The notes under the pieces were generated by a model that worked only from the letters and a program-made list of their open reading frames with translations, searched no databases and was not told where the DNA came from. The position numbers and the translations under genes are program-made. Below are positions 1-8,695 of a DNA stretch of 32,000 nucleotides, piece after piece (positions within the stretch are counted from its first letter, which is position 1; every line of letters begins with the position of its first letter). The stretch lies in sequence record OY978111.1; one strand, 5' to 3'.

Positions 1-73
<73 letters not shown>

Positions 74-317
74 AAAAATGGATAAGTCAAACGTTCGATA
101 TTTTTGTAGTGAAAAAAACGAACCTATAGCTTGAACTTTAAATTTGTTTTTTAAAGTCATTGCGTCGCGTTGTAATAAAATTAACATACAATTTTGTGTA
201 AGACACAAAGAAAACTGGATTTAATAAAAATGTATAAGTCTTATCCATATTTCGAGAATTTCTATTTCTTGAACATGACAATTCTTTCTGAATAGAAAGA
301 ATCTCCGATTTCTTAAA

Positions 318-1559
318 ATGAATATGACTAAAAACTTATCAGAGATTAGTTTTATTGTACATCAAACCCGGCTATTTTCGAGCCCTTCTACGGAGCGCAG
401 CTTCGCGGATCCTGCTCATTTACTTTGTGCGGTTTCAGGAGGTCAAGATTCCATAGTGGTTTTACTTTTATTGGTACATTTAAAAAATGTCTCTCCATTA
501 GAAACTTCATTAGTTTATTGTAATCATTTTTGGCAAAAAGATAATTTTTATACACTTCATAATCTTTGCAAATTGGCTTATCTCTTTGGCTTTCCAATAA
601 ATTTTGTAGTACCAAAAAATACTATAAATTCGGAGGCTGACGGGCATATTTGGAGACACACGAATTTTTCCTATGTGGCTGCGTGTTTAAATACTGATTT
701 TTTATTAACAGGACATACTGGAAATGATCAAATTGAAACTGCAGTTTGGCATTTTTTGCGTGGAACTGGCTCAAAAGGTTTGGTAAGTTTAGAACCTACT
801 AGTTATTTAAAAACGACCGCGATTTCCAACTCATTTCGTGCACAGATTTTTTATAAGAAAAAAAAATTAAAACTTTTTAGAAATCCGAAAATAGATGTAT
901 TGAATATATCTTGGAAGCGTCCTATTAACCAAGTACAAATGCATGTTACGCATGATTGCGGTCAAAGATCGGCAATGACTTCGTTTTCGAGAACCCTCAA
1001 AACACCTTATTCGGTTTCTATTCCAAGCTCCAATCTATTGTCTTACGATATTAAAACGCTAAAAGAGTTCATATGTGAAAGAAAACAAGACTTTTTTTTT
1101 AAATACGGTTGTTATTATTATTTTGGCAAACAATCAAAAAAAAAAGGCTGTAAAATTCAAAGGCCTCTTTTAAACATTTCCCGCTCGACTATTAAAAAAT
1201 TAATAATCAAAAATAATTTTCCTGTTGTCCAAGATGGTACAAATATAAATCTACGGTTTCTAAGAAATAAAATTCGATTAATTTTGATGCCTCTTTTTCG
1301 ATATTATATTCAAACTCGATGTGATAGCCATATAAACAATTTACTCGGTATTCTTGAAAAAGAACAACTTTATTTAGAAACTGTTGTCCAGAATCTAATT
1401 CATTTATATTCTACGCAACCAGAAGCTTTAAATTCAGTAAGTTATCTTCCACAATCAGTTCAACTTCTTATTTTAAAAAGACTTTTACAGAGTTACGGTG
1501 TCAATTCGCCTAAAAAAACTCATATTGAAACTTTTTCGAATACGAGTCATTTTTTGTAG
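318..1559 (+). CDS. tilS: tRNA(Ile)-lysidine synthase (PP-loop ATPase)
   Basis: 413-aa ORF with the N-terminal PP-loop motif SGGQDS (AVSGGQDSIVVLLL) and TGH..DQ.ET (LLTGHTGNDQIETAVWHFLRG), both typical of TilS/ycf62. The central region is AT-rich and Lys-rich with A9-A11 runs. The start could also be the ATG at 324. Confidence 0.8.
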   Translation: MNMTKNLSEISFIVHQTRLFSSPSTERSFADPAHLLCAVSGGQDSIVVLLLLVHLKNVSPLETSLVYCNHFWQKDNFYTLHNLCKLAYLFGFPINFVVPKNTINSEADGHIWRHTNFSYVAACLNTDFLLTGHTGNDQIETAVWHFLRGTGSKGLVSLEPTSYLKTTAISNSFRAQIFYKKKKLKLFRNPKIDVLNISWKRPINQVQMHVTHDCGQRSAMTSFSRTLKTPYSVSIPSSNLLSYDIKTLKEFICERKQDFFFKYGCYYYFGKQSKKKGCKIQRPLLNISRSTIKKLIIKNNFPVVQDGTNINLRFLRNKIRLILMPLFRYYIQTRCDSHINNLLGILEKEQLYLETVVQNLIHLYSTQPEALNSVSYLPQSVQLLILKRLLQSYGVNSPKKTHIETFSNTSHFL

Positions 1560-1561
1560 AT

Positions 1562-1633
1562 TGGGTCACCCGGGACTCGAACCCGGAACTAATCGGTTAA
1601 AAGCCGAATACTCTACCATTGAGTTAGCAACCC
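1562..1633 (-). tRNA. trnK: tRNA-Lys (anticodon UUU), intron-less
   Basis: The reverse complement folds as a cloverleaf with anticodon arm tcgg-CTTTTAA-ccga and T loop TTCGAGT. It starts 2 nt after the tilS stop, in convergent orientation. Confidence 0.9.
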
Positions 1634-1750
1634 TTTTGTTTAGTACTGAGAATTTTACTTTGAGATTCTATATTTTGCAACCTACGTCGAGTAAAGCTAG
1701 ACTATACATATATATTGAAAATTGCTGTTTCTTCAGAAGTGCTCAAGTCT

Positions 1751-1799
1751 TTTATTGTCTCAACTTAAACAGTATAGCTGTTTAAGTTGAGACAATAAA
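1751..1799. terminator. Perfect 22-bp stem / 5-nt loop inverted repeat between trnK and the psbZ 3' end
   Basis: tttattgtctcaacttaaacag (1751-1772), loop tatag, then ctgtttaagttgagacaataaa (1778-1799), an exact reverse complement. It lies about 75 nt downstream of the psbZ stop on the minus strand. Candidate 3'-end stabilising stem-loop. Confidence 0.7.
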
Positions 1800-1874
1800 G
1801 TACTAAAGCACTTCTGTGTGTTTTGGAAGAGAATTCAAAAACTGAAGTCTCTTCGTTTTGGCGTGGAATGAGGT

Positions 1875-2063
1875 TTACACCACAAATGAATTTAAAATTC
1901 CTACTGCAAACACAAGCAGAAACCAAATTCCAACTCCTGAAAATACTGTACTTTTGTTTTGACCCCAACCTTCTGGTGTTGCAAAAACAACAGGGACACC
2001 AATAACTAACAAAAATGATACGAGAATTAACGCAAATAAAGCTAATTGAAATATGAGAAGCAT
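1875..2063 (-). CDS. psbZ: Photosystem II protein Z (Ycf9)
   Basis: The 62-aa [65 protein letters not shown] matches the conserved PsbZ pattern (FQLA.FAL...S..L.I.VPVVFA.P.GW..NK..VFSG...W..LVF.VGILNS). Confidence 0.95.
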   Translation of the reverse strand: MLLIFQLALFALILVSFLLVIGVPVVFATPEGWGQNKSTVFSGVGIWFLLVFAVGILNSFVV

Positions 2064-2355
2064 CGCTTTGAGTTTCCTGAATACTTGAATACTTTAGAGT
2101 ATTTTACTAGGTTTAGTATACCTGATACAAACGAGAAAGTGCGTGTCTTTTCAAATTCTTTTTAGAAAAACACTTCTTTTCGACTCCAGTTAGATTATTC
2201 AAGTTCTATGTTTAATATTCAGATTTTTCATGGTGCTTAATATTTGGAGAAGCTTTGAATTTTGGCTTATAATTTCAAAAAATTACAAAACTTTCTATTT
2301 TGTAAGCAACTCTGCTTGACAATCAGACACCGTTTTCAGTATTATAAGAAAAAAC

Positions 2356-2426
2356 GCGGATATTGCATAGTGGTAGTGCCCTTGCCTTCCAAGCAAGAGG
2401 TGCGGGTTCGATTCCCGCTATCCGCT
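2356..2426 (+). tRNA. trnG: tRNA-Gly (anticodon UCC)
   Basis: Acceptor gcggata/tatccgc, anticodon arm cttgc-CTTCCAA-gcaag, T arm tgcgg-GTTCGATTC-ccgc region. It is followed directly by a genomically encoded cca (2427-2429). Confidence 0.9.
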
Positions 2427-2516
2427 CCAGTTTTTTCTTCTAAGCAATGAACCGTTTCTAATAAGTCGTTGATAAAATTGTTTCCAATTTGTAGGAGAAA
2501 TCGATGCAACAACTCT

Positions 2517-2590
2517 GGCGGGTGTAGCCAAGTGGTTAAGGCAGTGGATTGTGACTCCACCATTCGCGGGTTCAACTCCCGTCATTCGCC
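2517..2590 (+). tRNA. trnH: tRNA-His (anticodon GUG) with encoded G-1
   Basis: An extra 5' G (2517) can pair with discriminator C. Acceptor gcgggtg/cattcgc, anticodon arm gtgga-TTGTGAC-tccac, T loop TTCAACT. Confidence 0.9.
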
Positions 2591-2676
2591 CAATATGTAT
2601 TTTATAAAAAATGCTTTAATGATTAATGATTAGAGTCGTGTTTTATCGTACAGACATTTTTCAAATGTTCTAACTT

Positions 2677-2708
2677 AAAAACCCTAGAGTTAACACTCTA
2701 GGGTTTTT
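2677..2708. terminator. A-tract / 9-bp hairpin / T-tract element downstream of trnH
   Basis: aaaaa-ccctagagt-taac-actctaggg-ttttt(ttt). The symmetric shape resembles a bidirectional intrinsic terminator. Its function in the plastid is inferred only. Confidence 0.5.
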
Positions 2709-3042
2709 TTTGCTAAATTTTTATGAAAAAAATCAAGTAATGCCATCGCTGTTATGTGTCAAGTCAACGTTGTAAAATTTATTATACTTACTCCTTTAGT
2801 CTGTATTTTTATAGAGAGTTTTTTTCCAAACAACTTAAAAAACTTGATGGTGTCTGAGGAAGCCGTTATACTAACAGAAGAAAGAAACTAAAAAGAGTTG
2901 ATTGATTTTTTTTTTTTGATATCTTGAAGCAAGTATTCATTGCCATCAAAGATGACAAATCTTTTTCCTCTTTCACTTGTTTCAATAAGTTTTAACAAGC
3001 AGCAACGCTGCCCATTACATTACTATATAAGGAGTGTTACGC

Positions 3043-3425
<383 letters not shown>

Positions 3426-3443
3426 GAGCAAAGTGAGAGTATT

Positions 3444-3560
3444 ATGGCGAAACCAAATCCCAATAAACAAAGTGTAGAATTAAATCGTACCAGTTTATAC
3501 TGGGGTCTACTATTAATTTTTGTGTTAGCGGTGCTCTTCTCAAGTTATATTTTCAATTAA
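3444..3560 (+). CDS. psbL: Photosystem II protein L
   Basis: Hand translation gives [38 protein letters not shown] (38 aa), with the canonical PsbL core [23 protein letters not shown]. Confidence 0.96.
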
Positions 3561-3822
3561 TTCTGAAGAATACCATTTCTTCTCAGTATCAACTGGGAAA
3601 GAAATTGTAAATTATAGAGAAGTTATTGGAAAAACGAACTTCCGCTTCCTTTCATTGCGTACCCTGGCGTAGAAAATCTACACAGTAACTACACAAAGAA
3701 GATGGAGCTTAAGAAAAGAAAACCAGTCACAAACATTCCGCCTTGGGTACCCTCGGTGCTCAAGCATTTTTAATGCGTTGGCGGAACACAACTCGACTAC
3801 TGTATAAAAAGGAGATTTAGAT

Positions 3823-3951
3823 ATGTCCAATAGTGGCACAACTGGTCGTATTCCATTATGGCTTGTTGGTACCGTTGCCGGATTAGCGGCACTGACTATC
3901 GTAGCTGTTTTTTTCTATGGTTCGTACGTCGGTCTTGGTTCGTCTTTATAA
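3823..3951 (+). CDS. psbJ: Photosystem II protein J
   Basis: Hand translation gives [42 protein letters not shown] (42 aa), with the canonical PsbJ pattern GRIPLW..GT..G......FFYGSY.GLGSSL. A GGAG lies at 3811-3814 upstream. Confidence 0.96.
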   Translation: MSNSGTTGRIPLWLVGTVAGLAALTIVAVFFYGSYVGLGSSL

Positions 3952-3983
3952 GCGAATTACTAAGATACACAACGAAATCATTG

Positions 3984-4015
3984 AGCTCGAAGACCTATAT
4001 TCAGTTCTTCGAGCT
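3984..4015 (+). terminator. 10-bp inverted repeat downstream of psbJ
   Basis: agctcgaaga (3984-3993), a 12-nt loop, then tcttcgagct (4006-4015). Candidate 3' stem-loop of the psbEFLJ transcript. Confidence 0.5.
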
Positions 4016-4086
4016 AATCATATTTTTAGATAACTTTGCTATTCATTCGAAATATGAAAAAGCTCCCTAAAAGATACAACTATTTC

Positions 4087-4118
4087 GTGATATAGACATT
4101 CAATACTGTCTATATCAC
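4087..4118. terminator. 12-bp perfect inverted repeat between psbJ and trnL
   Basis: gtgatatagaca (4087-4098), an 8-nt loop, then tgtctatatcac (4107-4118). Confidence 0.5.
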
Positions 4119-4137
4119 TTGCACTTTATAAAAAGCT

Positions 4138-4216
4138 GCCGCTTGGTGAAATGGTAAACACATAACTTTCAAAAGTTACGAAGAAATTCGTATCGGTTCA
4201 AGTCCGATAAGCGGCA
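4138..4216 (+). tRNA. trnL: tRNA-Leu-like (CAA), class II with long variable arm and irregular geometry
   Basis: Acceptor gccgctt/aagcggc, T arm atcgg-TTCAAGT-ccgat, variable arm gaa-GAAA-ttc, D stem gtg/cac. Only one nucleotide separates the acceptor and D stems. The anticodon region taac-TTTCAAAA-gtta gives an 8-nt loop, or a 6-nt loop if T:A closes it, instead of 7 nt. Confidence 0.6.
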
Positions 4217-4226
4217 ATTTTTTAGT

Positions 4227-5357
4227 TTACGATAGATCCTCTGTGTCGCTTTGCAACATATCGAAATGGAGCCAACGAGACTGTGGTCGTCGAGAATTAG
4301 GACCCCAATTTTTTGAGAGAAGTTTCTCTTGGATTTTTTCCACTTCGATTTCAGAATCTGGTTTTGTTGTGTCACTTTGCGGCACATCTGAGACGATCAG
4401 ATCTTTGACAATATGATCGATTTGAGATTGATGTAAGATTTCGCATGCAAGTAATTCATATGCGAGTGTATCTAAAACATCACGATTTTCGTGTAATAAA
4501 ACTAACGCTTTGTTAAAACTTTGCAGAATTAAGGAGTGCGTTTGGTAATCAATATGAATATTTGCAGTTTCATTCAACGTGAGGGACTCGCTAACTTTTT
4601 TAGCAAACATATTGCCATGATAAAACTCATCTGGTGGAATCCATTCTAAATTTCGTTCTTTTTGCAATGGGTCTGGAAGATATAATCGATACCAATTCGA
4701 AAAAGTTCTAGTAGCAAATTCAAATTCGTTTGAAATTCGAGATTGCCAGCTTGGAACTTGGAAATATTTTTGCGCTTGTTGCTCGATTAAATCTTGATCT
4801 TGCTCCTCTTCAACATCCTCGTAATAATAATTCAGATTTCCAACCTGTTCATCTCGGTGAATGATTGAAAGTTCGGTTGTTTCTATAGGATCTAAGAGAG
4901 TTTGAAAAAATGGTAATTTCTCAGCAAATTCATAGCGATATTCTTTTTCATTAAAACCTTTAATAATCTCGGAATTTTGATGAATCAAACTAGTTGTGCT
5001 ATAAAAAGTCCAATTTTCAACCATCAAGCTAATGAGGTTTTGAGCAAAGTGAAGATCCTCCAGCCCTAAATCAGAGACATTAAGAAAAGCATTATCCTGT
5101 TGTAAAAAAAGAATTTCGGCCGCTTTTCCTGCATAACAACCGACGAGTCGATGTTCTAATTCAACTCGACGAGCAAATCGGAAAACATAGTTTTGTAAAT
5201 TTTCACTAATTTGCAAAGCCCTAGCATTTGGACGACGTGGCCATAAGTGAGCGACAAGGGTTGGTGGATGATGTTTTAAAAGCCGGCTTAAAAGAATTTT
5301 TCCTGCTTGATAATAGGCCAATTGAAGTGCAAAAACAGTATTTTTTTGAACTTGCAT
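4227..5357 (-). CDS. ftsH: FtsH-like protein, C-terminal M41-peptidase-like module (zinc motif lost)
   Basis: The 376-aa ORF begins ...QKNTVFALQLAYYQAGKILLSRLL....LWPRRPNARAL, which aligns with FtsH ...AYHEAGHA..G.L.......IIPRG.ALG. HEXXH is replaced by YQAGK (5298-5312). It directly continues the homology of the upstream AAA ORF. Confidence 0.8.
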   Translation of the reverse strand: MQVQKNTVFALQLAYYQAGKILLSRLLKHHPPTLVAHLWPRRPNARALQISENLQNYVFRFARRVELEHRLVGCYAGKAAEILFLQQDNAFLNVSDLGLEDLHFAQNLISLMVENWTFYSTTSLIHQNSEIIKGFNEKEYRYEFAEKLPFFQTLLDPIETTELSIIHRDEQVGNLNYYYEDVEEEQDQDLIEQQAQKYFQVPSWQSRISNEFEFATRTFSNWYRLYLPDPLQKERNLEWIPPDEFYHGNMFAKKVSESLTLNETANIHIDYQTHSLILQSFNKALVLLHENRDVLDTLAYELLACEILHQSQIDHIVKDLIVSDVPQSDTTKPDSEIEVEKIQEKLLSKNWGPNSRRPQSRWLHFDMLQSDTEDLS

Positions 5358-5365
5358 TGGTTTTT

Positions 5366-8251
5366 CTAACGTTGTAATACGATCAATACGTAATCAATGG
5401 TTTCCAGTGTATGCTGACTTTGATTAAGAATCGCATAAAGTGTGGATTGGTTCATAATGCTCGCGATATCAGCAGCACTATAGCCTGCAGTTCGATGGGT
5501 AAAATAATCCCACGAAACCTCATTATTCACCCCTAAATTTGTACTATAGAGTTTGAAAATTTCTTTGCGTTTTTCAGGACCTGGTAATCCCAAATCAATA
5601 ATTCGATCAAATCGCCCAGGTCGTAAAACAGCCGGGTCAAGCATTTCTGGTCTATTTGTTGCTGCAATTACCACAACCCCCGCTCGACTTTTAATTCCAT
5701 CAAGTTCTACTAAAAATTGCAGTAAAAGACGAAGTTTTTCTTTTCGAAGCTCTTCTTGGATTAAAACAGCATTAGGATCTTCAGAATCCTTCCCTTTCAC
5801 TTGTGCTGAATGACTTACATTTGAGAGAGGATTGGCTAAAGTGTCAAGAAGGTCTTCTGCCCCAGTTGCTGCATGACCCATATGTTCACGTTTTTGAGCT
5901 AAAGTATCCACTTCATCGATAAAAACAATACAGGGAGCCATTTTTCGTGCTTCATCAAATAAAATTTGTAATTTAATGGCTCCTGATTCGCCGGGTTCTA
6001 ACAAGGAACTTCCAGAGAGTGCGACTACAGGAACTTCTGCTTCTCCAGCAATAGCTTGAACTAAAATAGTTTTCCCAGTTCCTGGAGGTCCGGTTAATAA
6101 AATACCACGCGGAAGAGTTTTACTCAGAGCAAATTCTCTTCCCGAATTCCGTAAAAACCAAACAATTTCGATAATTTCGGGTAAAAGATTTTGAATTCCA
6201 GCAATATTACTGAAATTTTGTGTGGTTTTCGAAATAATGCGAAAGCCTTTCTCACGTTTACCCATAAGAATCTCGATTTCTTGTTTCAGGTTTTCGTCTA
6301 AAAACCCTAAAAAAGCAACTAAATCTAAAAGATATTCTAAGAGTTCTCGCCCATAATTGGACGCTAATGTTTTTAAAACACTAAAAAAGAATAAACCAAA
6401 CCCCAGTTTTGAGGCAATTAACCAAGACTCAGTGGTTAACGGTTCCCACATATCAGAAAAGAAACCTTGATTGTTTTTCGCAAAGAGTAATGGGTACTTT
6501 TGATAAGTTCCAGAACTTAAAGTATTGGCATTTGTTAGTCCAAAAGAGAGACTAGGCGAAATTTTGGCGTAACTCGAAGAGTTTTGCTGAAGAGTGGGGT
6601 GAAGATATTCAAAATCAACAAAAGGGTTGATTCCAAAAGGAAAATACTCAGGTTCAACTTTCGGAATTAAGCCTTCGAATAACGGGAGAGTTACAAATTC
6701 AACAGTTCCTTGTGTTTCAGTTTTTTTATTTTGCTGTTGTTTGTATTTGTCTTGAAATGCCGTCCAATCCTTTACAGACATTTTTGGAACATACAACGAT
6801 CGTTGAAACGACAAGAATTCTGGTTTTACACCTAATTGTTGGAGATTTCCAAAATAATTTTTTAAAGTTTCCCGCGTTGGGTTTGTCGGTCCTAGATATT
6901 TTTCAAGCCATGATCTAAGATCATGTTTTTGATTGTGTATTTGCGTAACCCACTCAAGACCCGCTTGGCTATTTAGCACAACCGCTGGTCCTTGATATAT
7001 AATTTTTTCTTTTTGATTTTCACCCAATGCTCGTAAAATGATTTTTTGTTTTTGAATTTCAAAAGCTGGCGAATCAGAATGTTGAAATTGCTGAGCTCTA
7101 GGAAGTAAATAATTTGGAGGAAGTTCAAGTGCAAGATCCGTCTTATCAGAAAATTGTCTTTGCCAAAGGAAAGAAATAACTTCCCGGAGGTCCATATCAG
7201 GATATCGATAACCAGACATCAGTCTTGGTTTCACAAACTCATCTTCAAGGCCAGCAAAGCTGTCGCTTGGGGCGACGCACGCAAGATATGGGCGAGTTTC
7301 GTTAAAAGCATCGAATTCAATCTGACTCAATTCTCCCAACTCAGGAGCACTGAAAATTTTTCTAAATTCGTTTTTCAATGTCACATCAGAATTTAAAAAG
7401 TCTTTTTGCTTAGCAGATTCAACACTTGACGAAAGAGTTTTCTGGGCAATTTTACTATCGCTAATTATTGTGTTTAGTTTTAAACCTACAAACTGAGTAG
7501 CTTCGAGATTTTTTATGGAGCTCTTTTTATATTTTGAAAGCTTGAGTTTAATTTTTTCTTTTGGAGAAGAAGACAAAGTTTGCCATTGAATATTATCAAA
7601 TGAAATATTAAGTGGTGCAGTTGCAAAAGAATTTTCAATTGCTTCGAGTTTGCTCGGCAATTCGTCAAGCTCTTGAGGAATTTTTTGCCAGAAATTTAGA
7701 TTTGGCTCGTCAAGTAATATAGTGTACCACTTGCGTGCTTCGCGCGATGCCGTAGCTTCGCTGTCATTGCTTTGGTTTCTTTCAAATTGTCTATGAGATG
7801 TGATTGACCCGATTAAACGAGGTTCTTCCTCTTTTTGTGGCTTTGTAATAAGAAGAGTTCTTTGAAACCAAGATGTTTTATTTTTAGAGTTCTGAAGCGG
7901 ATTCTTTTTATCTTTTAAAAGATAATGAAATGTTTCCCACTGAATTTTTTCTGTTGGTGTGCCAAGTCCGGGAAGGTTTTGTTCGAAAAATACTGATTTT
8001 TTGTCAACCGAATATTTTTGATTTAAAAAAACGGAAAAGCCTAAAACAATTGGAAGGGTACTAAAAATAACAGTAAAAATTTTTTTTGATGTTAATCCTG
8101 AAGATTGTAGTGTAACTCCACTTTGAAATTTAGGGTCTCGACCCTCGTGGCTTCTAGAAAGACCAAAAAGGTTTTTCACGAATTTTTTCGACATTTGAAT
8201 TTTTTCGGCGAAAAATGACATTGGTTTCTTTGGATTAGTTTCTTTATGCAT
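5366..8251 (-). CDS. ftsH: FtsH-like protein, N-terminal extension plus AAA+ ATPase module
   Basis: 961-aa ORF with Walker A GPPGTGKT (6068-6091), Walker B IVFIDEVD, and second region of homology ATNRPEMLDPAVLRPGRFDR. Two hydrophobic segments (about aa 58-76 and 610-630) flank a roughly 530-aa poorly conserved insert. It ends at a TAG 8 nt before the next ORF's ATG. Confidence 0.88.
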   Translation of the reverse strand: MHKETNPKKPMSFFAEKIQMSKKFVKNLFGLSRSHEGRDPKFQSGVTLQSSGLTSKKIFTVIFSTLPIVLGFSVFLNQKYSVDKKSVFFEQNLPGLGTPTEKIQWETFHYLLKDKKNPLQNSKNKTSWFQRTLLITKPQKEEEPRLIGSITSHRQFERNQSNDSEATASREARKWYTILLDEPNLNFWQKIPQELDELPSKLEAIENSFATAPLNISFDNIQWQTLSSSPKEKIKLKLSKYKKSSIKNLEATQFVGLKLNTIISDSKIAQKTLSSSVESAKQKDFLNSDVTLKNEFRKIFSAPELGELSQIEFDAFNETRPYLACVAPSDSFAGLEDEFVKPRLMSGYRYPDMDLREVISFLWQRQFSDKTDLALELPPNYLLPRAQQFQHSDSPAFEIQKQKIILRALGENQKEKIIYQGPAVVLNSQAGLEWVTQIHNQKHDLRSWLEKYLGPTNPTRETLKNYFGNLQQLGVKPEFLSFQRSLYVPKMSVKDWTAFQDKYKQQQNKKTETQGTVEFVTLPLFEGLIPKVEPEYFPFGINPFVDFEYLHPTLQQNSSSYAKISPSLSFGLTNANTLSSGTYQKYPLLFAKNNQGFFSDMWEPLTTESWLIASKLGFGLFFFSVLKTLASNYGRELLEYLLDLVAFLGFLDENLKQEIEILMGKREKGFRIISKTTQNFSNIAGIQNLLPEIIEIVWFLRNSGREFALSKTLPRGILLTGPPGTGKTILVQAIAGEAEVPVVALSGSSLLEPGESGAIKLQILFDEARKMAPCIVFIDEVDTLAQKREHMGHAATGAEDLLDTLANPLSNVSHSAQVKGKDSEDPNAVLIQEELRKEKLRLLLQFLVELDGIKSRAGVVVIAATNRPEMLDPAVLRPGRFDRIIDLGLPGPEKRKEIFKLYSTNLGVNNEVSWDYFTHRTAGYSAADIASIMNQSTLYAILNQSQHTLETIDYVLIVLQR

Positions 8252-8695
8252 AGTAAATTATTAAAAAGTATTGAAGATGCGTGTTAGATGACTTGAAAAA
8301 AAAATTCCTTATGCTTTTTTGTTATGATTTTTTCTCAGTAGATCAAAATCAAACCTGTTTCCTGACGTAATAAAAAAGCTGATTTTCGCTCAATGGGATC
8401 ATGTAAATGATTGATTTTAGCCTTTGAACACGAATGTTGGTTGATTAAGTCGAATAACAAAAAAGAGTGGAAAGAGCCTAGACGCGCGTAGATTTTTGCT
8501 TTCAAGAAGTTATTGTACTTTTTCAAATTACAAAGTGCAGTGAAGCTGCCTTTTCCACAAGGCAACCCTATATTGCTTGAGGTAAAACCGTCAAGGCCAA
8601 ATTGGTTGGCGCATCGGGCAAAGCCCGCAAGGGGTTTTTGTGACGAAAGGTGAGAAAATTTTTTTTGCGGTACAATAAGAACGCAACAATCTAAT

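Noticed and set aside
1498-1968. ORFs 1498-1785 (plus), 1765-1968 (minus) and 1823-2005 (plus)
   Set aside because: The first runs antisense through trnK. The first two both end in the 22-bp palindrome, which explains the identical YCLNLNS tails. The last two overlap psbZ out of frame or antisense.
4227-8251. A large AAA+ ATPase ORF next to a second uncharacterised ORF, superficially like a two-gene bacterial defence or accessory module
   Set aside because: Both ORFs are collinear with FtsH (AAA module, then M41-like module). The surrounding genes are all plastid genes. There are no nuclease, methylase or integrase signatures.
8335-8565. 76-aa ORF between ftsH and trnT(GGU)
   Set aside because: It has no recognisable similarity, no ATG at the listed start (an alternative start codon is used), and spacer-like composition.
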